A stretch of DNA of 64,000 nucleotides from an uncultured Acidobacteriota bacterium. Its GTDB lineage: Bacteria > Acidobacteriota > UBA6911 > RPQK01 > JAPXNP01. The position numbers were made by a program, and so were the translations under genes. The notes beneath the pieces were generated by a model, which saw nothing but the letters and a program-made list of their open reading frames with translations, had not been told where the DNA came from and searched no databases. Location: assembly GCA_963723965.1 (NCBI GenBank), contig CAVRSV010000012.1:547544-611543 (forward strand), in the 5' to 3' direction. This document shows positions 17,976 to 29,715 of the stretch, one piece after another (position 1 is the first letter of the stretch; the number at the start of each line of letters is the position of its first letter).

Positions 17976-19301
17976 ATGAAGATCCTGCTGGTCAACCCGC
18001 CGATCTATGATTTTTCGGCCTTCGATTTCTGGCTGAAGCCCTACGGACTGCTGCGCGTGGGAGGAGCCCTGCGGGACCAGGCGGATCTCCGGCTCTTCGA
18101 TTTTCTGGATCGCCGGCATCCCGATGCCCGGCGGAAACGTTGCGACGATTGGGGGCGGGGAAAGTTCATGAGCGAGGTCGTGGCCAAGCCGGCCGCACTG
18201 TGCGACATCCCGCGTCACTATCGCCGATACGGATTGCCCCGTGAGTCGTTCCGGCGATTCCTGGACGAGCAGGGACCGTTCGATTACGCCCTGATCCAGA
18301 CCTCCATGACCTACTGGTATCCCGGAGTCGCGGAAGTCCTCGAGACGCTCACCCGGGAGGCCCCGGCGACCCGAACCGTCCTGGGCGGAGTCTACGCCTC
18401 AATCTGCCCGGAGCATGCGCGAAGCCTGGGGCCGGACCTGGTCATCGAAGGAGACCGTCTGGACCCCCTGTGGGAATTTCTCGAGTGCCGGGGGGATCTC
18501 GACCAGCCGCCCTACTGGGAGGGATACGAGCGGCTCGATACGGGGGTCCTGAAGCTGGCCGAAGGCTGTCCTTTTCGCTGCACCTACTGTTCGGTTCCGC
18601 GCTTCCAGCCGGAATATCGACCCGGATCGCTCGGGGCGGCGCTGGACAGCCTGGATCTACTGGTTCGGCTGGGAAGCCGCCAGATCGTGTTCTACGACGA
18701 TGCCCTCTTGTTCCGGCCGGACTCCCTTTTCCTCCCTTTTCTGGAGGCCCTTCCCCACGACCCGATGGACCGGGTGTTCCACACTCCCAACGCCCTCAAC
18801 GCCCGCTTCTTGAACGATCGAGTTGCGGAGCGGATGGCCGCCGCCCGTTTTCGCTTTCTCTATCTCGGCTTCGAGAGCGACTCAATGGTCTGGCAGAGAC
18901 GCACGGGCGGGAAGGTGTATCCCGAGGAGCTGGAACGGGCGGTGCAGAGCCTGGCCCGGGCAGGGATCGGTCCCGAATGGGTCACCTGTTACCTGATCGT
19001 GGGTCACCCCCGGAGCGACGGACAGGCCGTCGAACATTCCATGCAGTACGCCCACAGCCTCGGGCTTCGGGTGATGCTGTCCGAGTACTCCCCCATACCG
19101 GGGACTCCGGATGGTGAACTCTGCCGCAGCCGGGTGGACCTGGACGAGCCGCTGAATCACAACAAGACAGCCTTCGCCCATCGTCACCTGGGGAGAGCAC
19201 GGCTGCAGGAACTCAAGGATCTCGCGAATGATCTGAACCGGGAAATCGAGACGCGAGGAGGGTTGGGGGGACCTGGGAGCTGGAAGCTGGGAGCTGGATA
19301 G
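17976..19301 (+). CDS. B12-binding-domain radical SAM protein
   Basis: The N-terminus is MKILLVNPPIYDFSAFDFWLKPYGLLRVGGAL (class B radical-SAM B12-binding domain). The CxxxCxxC box is AEGCPFRCTYCSVP. ATG at 17976 was chosen inside the ORF-track ORF. Confidence 0.7.
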   Translation: MKILLVNPPIYDFSAFDFWLKPYGLLRVGGALRDQADLRLFDFLDRRHPDARRKRCDDWGRGKFMSEVVAKPAALCDIPRHYRRYGLPRESFRRFLDEQGPFDYALIQTSMTYWYPGVAEVLETLTREAPATRTVLGGVYASICPEHARSLGPDLVIEGDRLDPLWEFLECRGDLDQPPYWEGYERLDTGVLKLAEGCPFRCTYCSVPRFQPEYRPGSLGAALDSLDLLVRLGSRQIVFYDDALLFRPDSLFLPFLEALPHDPMDRVFHTPNALNARFLNDRVAERMAAARFRFLYLGFESDSMVWQRRTGGKVYPEELERAVQSLARAGIGPEWVTCYLIVGHPRSDGQAVEHSMQYAHSLGLRVMLSEYSPIPGTPDGELCRSRVDLDEPLNHNKTAFAHRHLGRARLQELKDLANDLNREIETRGGLGGPGSWKLGAG

Positions 19302-19451
19302 TCCGGGCGGTCAGAGGGTTGGTTGCGGAGCCGCTTTGGACTGCGCAGCCTGCCGCCCCTTTCTTCGCGGGAGGCCTGACAGGCCCGGTGGACGGCGTTT
19401 CGCCCAACTCCTTGCTCAACTCGAAGATCGAATATCCTGAATCGCAGTTCT

Positions 19452-21041
19452 TCAGAACCGGTCGCTCAGAATCCGGGTGGACTGCTCGTCCTTGCCGAAA
19501 GAGATGGCCGGACCGTTCTTGCGGGCCTTCGCAGCCGCGACCGGTACCGACCCGGCCCGGCTTGCCTGGCCGGCGGGCCGGGCCCGAGGGGAGCGACGGT
19601 CAGTGCCGGTCTGACGCAGTTCGAACTGACCCGCGAGCGAGGCCATCTGCTCAGCCTGTCCTGTGAGCTCCTCGGCGGCGCTGGCCGACTCTTCGGCATT
19701 GGCCGCCGCCTGCTGGGTCACCTGGCTGATCTGCTCGACGGCCCGATTCAGTTGTTCAATGCCCTCGCTCTGCTGTTGAGAGGCGGTCGCAATCTCGATA
19801 ACGCCCTCTCGGACCTTTTCGACCTGTCGGTTGATTTCTTCCAGATTGCTCAGGACTTCACCGTTGATCTGCACACCCTCGTCGGCGTTGCGAACGGAGC
19901 CCTCGATGAGATTGGCTGTCGATTTGGCGGCCTCCGCGCTGCGCATGGCCAGACTGCGGACCTCTTCGGCCACCACGGCGAAGCCCTTCCCCGCCTCACC
20001 GGCCCGGGCGGCCTCGACGGCGGCATTGAGTGCCAGCAGGTTGGTCTGAAAAGCGATCTCGTCAATGGTCTTGACGATTTTCGCGGTTTCGTCGGATGAG
20101 CTCTTGATCCGGGCAATCGCTTCCGAGAGCCGGCGCATGCTGTCGACGCCTTGCCGGGCCACCTGCTCGGCCGAGTCCGCGAGAGTCCGCGATTCCTGGG
20201 CATTGGCGACGTTTTGGCCGGCCATGGAGGCAACCTCCTGCAAGCTACTGGCGACCTCCTGGAGGCCGCTGGCCTGTTCAGAGGCTCCCTGTGCCATGGT
20301 CTGACTCCCGACGCCGATCTGGCTCGAAGCCGCGGCCACCTGCTCGGCACTGACCGAGACGTACTTCAGGCTCTCTTCCAGGTTGTCCATGGCACGGTTG
20401 AGAACTTCCTGAATGCGCCCGAAGTCTCCCCGGTAATTGCCCTCCATCCGGCTCGTCAGATTGCGCGCCGCCAACTGATCCAACACGCCGGCCGCTTCAT
20501 GGATCGGATTCAGGATCTGATCCAGCAGGCCGTTGACGGTCTCGAAAAGGTCCCGGAAATCCCCCGAGACCCGAGTCGCGTTGAGGCGGATATCGGTGCG
20601 CCCTTCGGAGGCCGCCGCCCTGAGCTTGCGGACTTCCTCGACAGCTAGAGTCTGCTGAGCGCGTTCCGAGATGACTTCCACTCCTCCGACGATCTTCCCA
20701 TCGGCCCCGCGCACCACGCTGCAGCGCGCCCGAATCGGCAGTTTCTGGCCATCCCGGCGGACCACTTCCGTTTCGACCTTGACGGGCTGCCCCGTCCGGA
20801 GGCAACTCTTCATGGTGCAGCGATCCGTCCCACACAGTTCCGTCCGGCAGAGGTCTGCGCAGTTCATCTTCCCCACCACGTCCTGCCGGCGGTGACCGAG
20901 GATCTCGAGCATCTCATCACTGATCAGACGGACCCTCAGCTGGGGATCGACGACGAACATGCTGGCGGCTGCGGAGCCGACGATCTGATTGGCAAAGGTC
21001 TCTTCGAAGAAGTCACGCTTCCCTTTCGACAGAAAGGACAC
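19452..21041 (-). CDS. Soluble methyl-accepting chemotaxis protein with N-terminal Cys-rich PAS domain
   Basis: The product has no TM segment. The N-terminal PAS-like region contains [20 protein letters not shown] (five Cys in a C-x3-C-x4-C-x4-C-x4-C pattern). This is followed by HAMP and the MCP signalling domain ([31 protein letters not shown]). Confidence 0.8.
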   Translation of the reverse strand: MSFLSKGKRDFFEETFANQIVGSAAASMFVVDPQLRVRLISDEMLEILGHRRQDVVGKMNCADLCRTELCGTDRCTMKSCLRTGQPVKVETEVVRRDGQKLPIRARCSVVRGADGKIVGGVEVISERAQQTLAVEEVRKLRAAASEGRTDIRLNATRVSGDFRDLFETVNGLLDQILNPIHEAAGVLDQLAARNLTSRMEGNYRGDFGRIQEVLNRAMDNLEESLKYVSVSAEQVAAASSQIGVGSQTMAQGASEQASGLQEVASSLQEVASMAGQNVANAQESRTLADSAEQVARQGVDSMRRLSEAIARIKSSSDETAKIVKTIDEIAFQTNLLALNAAVEAARAGEAGKGFAVVAEEVRSLAMRSAEAAKSTANLIEGSVRNADEGVQINGEVLSNLEEINRQVEKVREGVIEIATASQQQSEGIEQLNRAVEQISQVTQQAAANAEESASAAEELTGQAEQMASLAGQFELRQTGTDRRSPRARPAGQASRAGSVPVAAAKARKNGPAISFGKDEQSTRILSDRF

Positions 21042-21445
21042 GGTTCACCCCCCGGTTACCACTCGAAACGATTGTGGGCACGCGCACAGATATCTGCACA
21101 GTCTGGAGATCGGCGAAGTCCTGCAAAATCTTTAGGGTGGGGCCACGGCCCGGCGAAAAATGCCGGGCGGAACCTCCGCCCGAGATACGCCGTCCGGAAC
21201 TCCGGCCGATCGGGCCGGAGTTCCGCGACCCTTCGGTCGCGGTGGCAGGGCGCAGGCCCCCGTCGGTCGAACCGCTCTTTTCTTCTCGATTTAGGTCATA
21301 GTCCTCCGATATCCTTGGACCTCCAGGGCGATCGGTCGGGTGGCCAGGGAAGGCAGCGCCGTCCGCCGTACTAGGGATGGTCGACAACGTCCGGGGAGGC
21401 GGACCGACCATCCGGTAGGCAGGGTCCTGCCGGGGGTGTTGGGGG

Positions 21446-23602
<2,157 letters not shown>

Positions 23603-23608
23603 GTCCGG

Positions 23609-24250
23609 TCAACTGCCTGCGAAGGCCATCACTCTGTCGATGTAGCTCGAGATGGCGGCAATGGCCTCGGGGGACGGTGAATCGTACTGGAGTCCCAGCG
23701 AGGTTCTTTCGGAATCCTCCCGCAGACTTCGGACGATGCTTTCGAGACGGGTGGGCTCGTCCTTCGTGTCGAAGCGGGCGAGGAGCGTCACCGGAGCGGA
23801 CGGACTCAGCGCCAGTTCCTTGATCAGGCTGGTCTCGAAGAGCAGCCGGGCTCCCGTGGCGCTGAGGTCGACGATCATCCCCTCGACCGACTTCTCGCCG
23901 TTCACCAACATGACCGGAATGTGGGCCTCGACCCGTTGCGCGGCGCGCAGATCGTAGTTCTCCACTTCTTTGGGGAAAGCCGCGAAGACCACGCCGATCT
24001 CCCCTCCCACGGGCTGAATGACGGAGGACCGGAAGCCCCACACCGTGCCCTGGTGCAGGTAGCGGATGATCAGCTTCGTTCCGGCCGTCAGGTTCGTCCG
24101 GAGCAGACCGGCGGCAATGCTCACGGGTGTCCGGAGGATGAGGAAACGTTCGCCGTCCACACCGATCATGCGGCTTTTGAAGCGCTCCTCGACACCTTCG
24201 ACCTCGATGGTCACTTCGGTCCCCAGCGAGATGAATCCCAGATTCTTCAT
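23609..24250 (-). CDS. PilZ-domain c-di-GMP receptor (YcgR-like two-domain architecture)
   Basis: The product has RAAQRVEAH (RxxxR) and DLSATGARL (DxSxxG) PilZ motifs after an N-terminal YcgR-N-like domain. Confidence 0.65.
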   Translation of the reverse strand: MKNLGFISLGTEVTIEVEGVEERFKSRMIGVDGERFLILRTPVSIAAGLLRTNLTAGTKLIIRYLHQGTVWGFRSSVIQPVGGEIGVVFAAFPKEVENYDLRAAQRVEAHIPVMLVNGEKSVEGMIVDLSATGARLLFETSLIKELALSPSAPVTLLARFDTKDEPTRLESIVRSLREDSERTSLGLQYDSPSPEAIAAISSYIDRVMAFAGS

Positions 24251-24327
24251 GGAGATCGCTCTCCCCCATTATGCGGATCCACCGTTGCCGGCGGCCCGCG
24301 ATCCCGACGATCGCCCCGACCTCCCGC

Positions 24328-25557
24328 CTATTCGGCCATCTCCGGGAAGATGATTCGCCACATCAACTGTGTCGGCGGTAAATATGCCATAGCACCCCGA
24401 ACGTTTTTCTCATCATAGATCAGCTGACCACCTGGACGGATCTCGAGATCGATGTCGCGGCTCTCCAATCCCGCCTCTCCGGCAGTGAATCCCGTCATCC
24501 AGAGGGCCCCGCACAGGGAGGCGCCGGACTCGATCCGAACTCTCCCCCCGCCGAGGTGGACCAGCAGTCCCCGCAAACTGGTACCGCTGGAAAGCACGAC
24601 GTCACCACAGGCCAGAAAGAGGCCCTCCCGTTCACCCTCCAGCACCGCTCCCTGCGGCAGGACGTGCAGCCCCCGGCCGCTGTCGGAGCTCCCCCTTCCC
24701 CCGCCCAGGCTCTCCAGCCTCGCGTTCAGATCCATCCAGAAGCCTGGCTCCAGGAGACGAAGCAGGGAGGGGTCGGACAATCGAGCCTCGCTGACGTTGC
24801 GGTACCAGTTATCGACAGCCAGTCCCAGATCGCGGGCCGTCTGCTCGATGTCGTCGACAAGTCCGGCCTCCGGATACTCGATGATCTCCAGCGGAGGGCC
24901 GCCCTCGCGTTGAATCGAGTCGGCGGCCGGCAGGCGGATCCTGGCCCCCTCCCCCACCAAAGTCAGCGCCGTCTCGGCAGCGAAGCCCCGTTCGCGCCGG
25001 AGATGCGCCTCGACCATCGTCACGTTGTTGCGGCCCGAGAACCGCGCGGTCTGACGCAGTCGAGCCGGAACGATACCCATGGACCGTACGACCACCGTCC
25101 CATTGTGGTCCTCTCCCGGCGGCTCTCCCGGGTCATTGGAGAAGCGCAGCAGGATCCAGCCTCCGTCCGTGGTGGGCATGGCCGGCGCGGACGGTGTCAG
25201 CCCCAGAAAGGAGGGCAGCCCGTCGTCGCAATCGCTGGTGAGCAGCATGGGATCGGTCTGCCAGGCCGACTCGAGAGGGACCGGGTCCCTCCACCCGGGG
25301 ACTCCGAGGCAGTCGGGTACTCCGTTACTCCCCAGCAGCAGTTCTGGAGTCTCGACGGCCGGGAGCATCGCGCGCGCCAGTTCGAGGCCGTTTGCGGCCA
25401 GCACCTGACTGTGCATCTGGGTCTCCGATTCGGCCACCAGCGTTCCCACCAGGGCCAGTTCGAGCTGGAGGAGCCCTCCCACCAGGCAAAGGAGACTCAT
25501 ACTCAGCAGAACCGCGATGAGTACGAACCCCGCGTTGCGCTCCAAGTCATCGGGCAT
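24328..25557 (-). CDS. PilX/GspK-like minor (pseudo)pilin
   Basis: The 409 aa product has an N-terminal hydrophobic prepilin-like segment (ERNAGFVLIAVLLSMSLL). It is the last gene of the pseudopilin operon and is the size of PilX/GspK. Confidence 0.5.
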   Translation of the reverse strand: MPDDLERNAGFVLIAVLLSMSLLCLVGGLLQLELALVGTLVAESETQMHSQVLAANGLELARAMLPAVETPELLLGSNGVPDCLGVPGWRDPVPLESAWQTDPMLLTSDCDDGLPSFLGLTPSAPAMPTTDGGWILLRFSNDPGEPPGEDHNGTVVVRSMGIVPARLRQTARFSGRNNVTMVEAHLRRERGFAAETALTLVGEGARIRLPAADSIQREGGPPLEIIEYPEAGLVDDIEQTARDLGLAVDNWYRNVSEARLSDPSLLRLLEPGFWMDLNARLESLGGGRGSSDSGRGLHVLPQGAVLEGEREGLFLACGDVVLSSGTSLRGLLVHLGGGRVRIESGASLCGALWMTGFTAGEAGLESRDIDLEIRPGGQLIYDEKNVRGAMAYLPPTQLMWRIIFPEMAE

Positions 25558-25560
25558 GGT

Positions 25561-26112
25561 CTACTCCTTGAAAAGTTGCGGCCGCAGGTTCCAGAGATGC
25601 ACCGCCAATGGGCGGCGCAGAACGTTCGCCCCCGCACCCAGGCGATGGTTCGATCCGGCAGTCAGGTGAATCCAGAGCAATGCCGGGGCCTCACGATCGA
25701 ACTCCGCCGAAACCACGCCGGCCAGGGCCGGCTGGAAGCTCCCGGCACCCGAGCGGAGCTGCAGAGAGCGGCCGGCCGCTCGAATGTCGATGGCCTCGAA
25801 GGCCTGGTCGAGAGTCCCGTCGGGCCGGCCGTCGGGACCGTCGATGTCCGACCGAACCTGAAGGACCTCACCCGAAACGGTGAGTCCCTGCCCGGCTCCG
25901 GACAGACCGCATCCGGCAGCCGCCACCCAGCGCTCGAACAGAAGAGGAGCCAGCAACAGGCACCGGTCACGATCCAGCAGACTGGCGAGGACATCCGCCG
26001 TCTTCTGAAACTCATGCAGGCAGAGAAAAGCGCTGCCCGAGACGAGCGTGCCGATGAACAGCGCAATGAGCACTTCGAGGAGGCTACTCCCCCGCTGGCG
26101 TCGATCCGTCAT
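25561..26112 (-). CDS. PilW/GspJ-like pseudopilin
   Basis: An internal ATG gives MTDRRQRGSSLLEVLIALFIGTLV, the type IV prepilin N-terminal motif (G-S/T-x-L-E-V-L). The ORF-track N-terminal extension is Arg/Trp-rich junk. Confidence 0.6.
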   Translation of the reverse strand: MTDRRQRGSSLLEVLIALFIGTLVSGSAFLCLHEFQKTADVLASLLDRDRCLLLAPLLFERWVAAAGCGLSGAGQGLTVSGEVLQVRSDIDGPDGRPDGTLDQAFEAIDIRAAGRSLQLRSGAGSFQPALAGVVSAEFDREAPALLWIHLTAGSNHRLGAGANVLRRPLAVHLWNLRPQLFKE

Positions 26113-26425
26113 ATCGAAACACCTCCCAGCACCGCCCCAGCCCGTCGACGACTCGAAAGCGTCGAAGGGGAGGACAGCCGTCGGCGGGCACGATCCACTC
26201 GGCACCCTCTCCCGGCTCCTCGATTCCCGCCCGGATTTCCTGGACCCGATTCCAGCGCTGCAGCGTCGCGTCCGCCCCCTCGCGCAGCCGCGCGGCCAGA
26301 CGCACGCTGGCAGCCAGCAGACCGACTGCGGCCACCAGCGCCACAGTCGCGACCGCCATCGCCACGAGGACCTCGAGCAATGTGCCCCCCCTCTGTTTTC
26401 GGATCCTGTCACGACCCTCGATCAT
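26084..26425 (-). CDS. PilV/GspI-like pseudopilin
   Basis: An internal ATG gives MIEGRDRIRKQRGGTLLEVLVAMAVATVALVAAVG, a prepilin leader followed by the hydrophobic helix. Confidence 0.55.
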   Translation of the reverse strand: MIEGRDRIRKQRGGTLLEVLVAMAVATVALVAAVGLLAASVRLAARLREGADATLQRWNRVQEIRAGIEEPGEGAEWIVPADGCPPLRRFRVVDGLGRCWEVFRYDGSTPAGE

Positions 26426-26853
26426 GGCAGCCACTCCCAACGGATCCTGCCGAAGGGCGCCACCACGACGCGGACCGACCCCGCCGTCGAGGAAGTCAGC
26501 ACCAGGCTTCCCGCAGGCACGGCATTGGCCCTCGAATAGAACGTGATCGGTCGGGAGGGCGCCCCGGTAAATCGAATTCCCTCGGGAAGCCGGACCCAAC
26601 GCTCCGGCGTTCCAGTCCGGGGACCCGCTCCGTAGCCCTCACCGTCCTCGGTGATCCGGAGCGACAGCGGTTGATTCAGGCTGATCGCCCTTCCCCGCAG
26701 CGAGGACAAGTCGGCGACCAGCACCTGGGCCGTCGCCTGCAGAGCGAGCATGGCCCGCATCTCGTGGAAACGGGCGATCCCGAGTCCCGCCATGATGCCG
26801 AGAATCAACAGGACAATCAGGAGTTCCAGCGCGGTCCAACCATGATTTTTCAT
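26422..26853 (-). CDS. FimT/GspH-like pseudopilin
   Basis: ATG at 26853 gives MKNHGWTALELLIVLLILGIMAGL, the canonical prepilin peptidase-dependent N-terminus. Confidence 0.65.
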   Translation of the reverse strand: MKNHGWTALELLIVLLILGIMAGLGIARFHEMRAMLALQATAQVLVADLSSLRGRAISLNQPLSLRITEDGEGYGAGPRTGTPERWVRLPEGIRFTGAPSRPITFYSRANAVPAGSLVLTSSTAGSVRVVVAPFGRIRWEWLP

Positions 26854-26943
26854 CTCACTCTCTATAAACGCACGAGCCTGAAAATCTGCGAAAGGAACCC
26901 TCGGCCGGGCGGACCGAGGGTCGCTTGGGTTAGAATTCGCACT

Positions 26944-27309
26944 ATGATGAGTGAGCTTGGCTACAAGGTGCTCCATCTGTCGGGCGTCTTCCTGGTGCTG
27001 TTGTCCCTGGGCAGCCTGATCGTGATCGGAGCCGTGGGAGGCCCGGCGCTGAAGTGGAAACGGACGCTCTCAGCGGCCAACGGCATCGGCCTCCTGCTCA
27101 TCATCGTGGCGGGATTCGGTCTACTGGCCCGACTCGGGATGTCCTGGCCGTTCCAGGGCTGGGTCTTCCTGAAGATGATGATCTGGCTGTTCTTCGGCGC
27201 GTCGCTGACTCTCGCCGACCGGCTGGGTGAGCGGGCCCGCATCTTATGGTGGGCTGCCCTCGCGGCCGCGATCCTTGCCGCTTACCTCGGAGTATACAAG
27301 CCGTTCTGA
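26944..27309 (+). CDS. Small (121 aa) four-TM membrane protein, hypothetical
   Basis: The product is MMSELGYKVLHLSGVFLVLLSLGSLIVIGAV...YLGVYKPF*. It is entirely hydrophobic helices. It was read as the tail of a spurious 917 aa ORF in the track. Confidence 0.45.
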   Translation: MMSELGYKVLHLSGVFLVLLSLGSLIVIGAVGGPALKWKRTLSAANGIGLLLIIVAGFGLLARLGMSWPFQGWVFLKMMIWLFFGASLTLADRLGERARILWWAALAAAILAAYLGVYKPF

Positions 27310-27341
27310 GCCATTCTCTGGCCCCTTTTCGATTCAGACGC

Positions 27342-28319
27342 ATGCACTACAATTCGATGTTCGACATCGTGCAGAACGGTTGGACAGGAGCGGGAGACAG
27401 CATTGCTGTGGACGACAAACAAGCAACCTACCGAACAGATCCCTTCGCGGAACTCGAAAACCTCGAGCAGATCGTCGCGCATGTCGTCCCGTCCCCCGGA
27501 GACATCCCGACGCTGGACGGCATCGACATCCACGGTGTGACCCTGCCCCTGAATGGAATCATTGGGGGGGACCACATCATCTACCTGGACTTCAAAAAGC
27601 GCTACGATCTGGACGCCCGGATCGAGGAGGCCCGACGAAAGGGGCGGCACGAAGTTGCCGCGCGGCTGGCCTCCTGCCGGAATCGCGCCGGCATCGTGGT
27701 TGCGGATGTCTCCGGCCACCACATCACGGACGCTCTGCTGGCCCTGATGCTTCATCAGGCGTTCCTGCTGGGGGCCATTTACGAACTCGATATCGACGGG
27801 GAGCTTTCGACCCGACTCTTCGAGAATCTGAACGCCCGTTTCTTCAAGTCGTCGAGCGTCAGCAAGTTCCTGACTCTGATCTACGGAGAGATCTGGCAGG
27901 ATGGCAAGTTCCGATTCATTTCGGCGGGGCATCCCATTCCGGTGGTCTTCTCACGCAGCTTCGACCGCATCGTCGACATTTGTCCCGAACTGCTCACGAC
28001 CTTTCCCCCCATCGGGACCATGCCCTCCTCCGATGACATCGACCGCCGCATCATGAAGCCGCCGCTCGGGTTCAAGGGCCAGTACGAGGTCAACGAAATC
28101 AATCTGATGGGAAGCGGCGATATCCTGCTCCTCTACACGGACGGTCTGTCGGAGCACTCGAATGGCACGGAGGACTATTTCCCCGGTCGCCTCGAAGCGG
28201 TATTGCGTTCCTGCAAGGACCTGAGCGCGAGAGAAATCTCTAATGCCATTCGGGACGATCTTCTGGCGTTCAGCCCGCCGACCGACGATGTCAGCTTCGT
28301 GGTCATCAAGCGCCACTGA
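27342..28319 (+). CDS. PP2C-type (SpoIIE/RsbU family) serine phosphatase
   Basis: The product has the metal-binding segments GDHIIYLDF, VVADVSGHHITDAL and LLLYTDGLSE typical of the SpoIIE/PPM fold. ATG at 27342. Confidence 0.65.
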   Translation: MHYNSMFDIVQNGWTGAGDSIAVDDKQATYRTDPFAELENLEQIVAHVVPSPGDIPTLDGIDIHGVTLPLNGIIGGDHIIYLDFKKRYDLDARIEEARRKGRHEVAARLASCRNRAGIVVADVSGHHITDALLALMLHQAFLLGAIYELDIDGELSTRLFENLNARFFKSSSVSKFLTLIYGEIWQDGKFRFISAGHPIPVVFSRSFDRIVDICPELLTTFPPIGTMPSSDDIDRRIMKPPLGFKGQYEVNEINLMGSGDILLLYTDGLSEHSNGTEDYFPGRLEAVLRSCKDLSAREISNAIRDDLLAFSPPTDDVSFVVIKRH

Positions 28320-28346
28320 GTCGCGCTCCAGACGACGGCCTCACCC

Positions 28347-29273
28347 TCATCCCTGGCGCCCGCCGGCCGATTCCGGCTTGCGGGCCACCAGATAGAACTC
28401 GTGTCCCCGTCCCCGACGCCGCAGCCGGGCGTCGAGCCCGGGAGTCCTTCGATAGAACCAGTTCAGACGCTGCTGGATGACCTGCTGGTGAAAGGGCTGG
28501 TAAACAAAGGCGGTCAGGCGGTTCCCCAGGCGGCTCAGTCCGGCGAATCCGTGATCCGAAAGAAACTCGGAGACGCGGAGGAGACAGGCCTCCTCGAGCA
28601 GAAAATAGAGATTCGGTGCGTGAGTCCAGGTTTCCGCAAGCAGGATGGTGAACCCTTCCCGCTCGAGCCAGTCCGACAGTGATCGGAGCGAGAAGTACTG
28701 GAGGTGGCCCGGGCAGTAGATCCACGTCCAGTGCCTGCCCAGCATCCGGTAGATCGTGGAGTCCAGGTTCGGAGAGTTCAGCACGAGGCACCCTCCGGGC
28801 CGCAGGGCCCGCCGGCTCTGGCGCAGAACCCTGCCCGGGTCCTCGGTGTGCTCCAGCGAGTGCCACAGGGTCAGGACATCCCAGGTGCCGGAGGGCTGGT
28901 TCGCGAGCGCCTCGACGAGATCGGCCTCGATGAGCTCGACACCCAGGTCGTCTGCACCAAACCGCACCGCGTCCGCACTGCTCTCGACACCCTCGGCCTG
29001 CCAGCCGCAGTCGCGGGCCTTCTTCACGAAGAACCCCTGGCCGGCCCCAAGATCCAGGAGCCTTCCCGGCGCACAGTCAGGGATCTGCGCCAGGAGTTCC
29101 ACCCGCCGTCGGGCGAGTTCCTCGAACCAGGGGCGGATCGCGGTCAGGAACTCCGTAGCCGAGCCGAGACGATAATGGGCGGCGTTCTCTTCCTCGGTCG
29201 GCTGGGGCCAGACAAAGACATGACCGCACGCCCCACAGCGATGGTAAAGATGCCCCTTCTTGACGAAAGCCAT
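28347..29273 (-). CDS. Class I SAM-dependent methyltransferase with N-terminal Cys4 (Zn-ribbon-like) motif
   Basis: The N-terminus is CPHCGACGHVF-like (HRCGACGH). The SAM motif I is LLDLGAGQGFF. Confidence 0.6.
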   Translation of the reverse strand: MAFVKKGHLYHRCGACGHVFVWPQPTEEENAAHYRLGSATEFLTAIRPWFEELARRRVELLAQIPDCAPGRLLDLGAGQGFFVKKARDCGWQAEGVESSADAVRFGADDLGVELIEADLVEALANQPSGTWDVLTLWHSLEHTEDPGRVLRQSRRALRPGGCLVLNSPNLDSTIYRMLGRHWTWIYCPGHLQYFSLRSLSDWLEREGFTILLAETWTHAPNLYFLLEEACLLRVSEFLSDHGFAGLSRLGNRLTAFVYQPFHQQVIQQRLNWFYRRTPGLDARLRRRGRGHEFYLVARKPESAGGRQG

Positions 29274-29319
29274 CTCCGCCCTTCCGCTTCCGCACAGAGT
29301 GCAGATTGCAGAGTCCGGG

Positions 29320-29715
29320 CTAGAGAGCTTTGAAGACCCGATCGATCTTCTCCTCGGCCTCGTCGGCCAGGGGCTGGACCGCTGGATTGTTCACGGCTTT
29401 GAACATCGCCTGGGGCCGCGCCAGAGCCACCTCGGCTCCTCCTTCCCTCTCGGCCACGACGACATTACAGGGCAGCAGGAGGCCGACCGTGTCGTCCTGG
29501 GAAAGGGCACGGTGGGCCATCCGGGGATTACAGGCTCCCAGGATGAGATAGGGTCGGAAATCGACGTCGATCTTCTGCTTCAGTGTGGCTTGGACGTCGA
29601 TGCGGGTCAGGACGCCAAAGCCTTCCTGCTTGAGCGCGGCCGTCACCTTGGCTTCGGCCTCGGCCAGTGTCGCACCGGGCAGGAATCGGTACAGACTGTA
29701 CTCGGCTTCTTTCAT
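29320..29715 (-). CDS. DUF302-family protein
   Basis: The 131 aa product has conserved ...LGACNP... and YRFLPGATLAEA... segments characteristic of DUF302. Confidence 0.5.
   Translation of the reverse strand: MKEAEYSLYRFLPGATLAEAEAKVTAALKQEGFGVLTRIDVQATLKQKIDVDFRPYLILGACNPRMAHRALSQDDTVGLLLPCNVVVAEREGGAEVALARPQAMFKAVNNPAVQPLADEAEEKIDRVFKAL

Noticed and set aside
24556-27309. A 917 aa '+' ORF spanning the pseudopilin operon
   Set aside because: It is antisense to four well-supported minus-strand genes. It is Arg/Pro/Gly-rich and low-complexity, typical of GC-rich antisense frames. Only its last 121 codons (26944-27309) form a plausible membrane protein.
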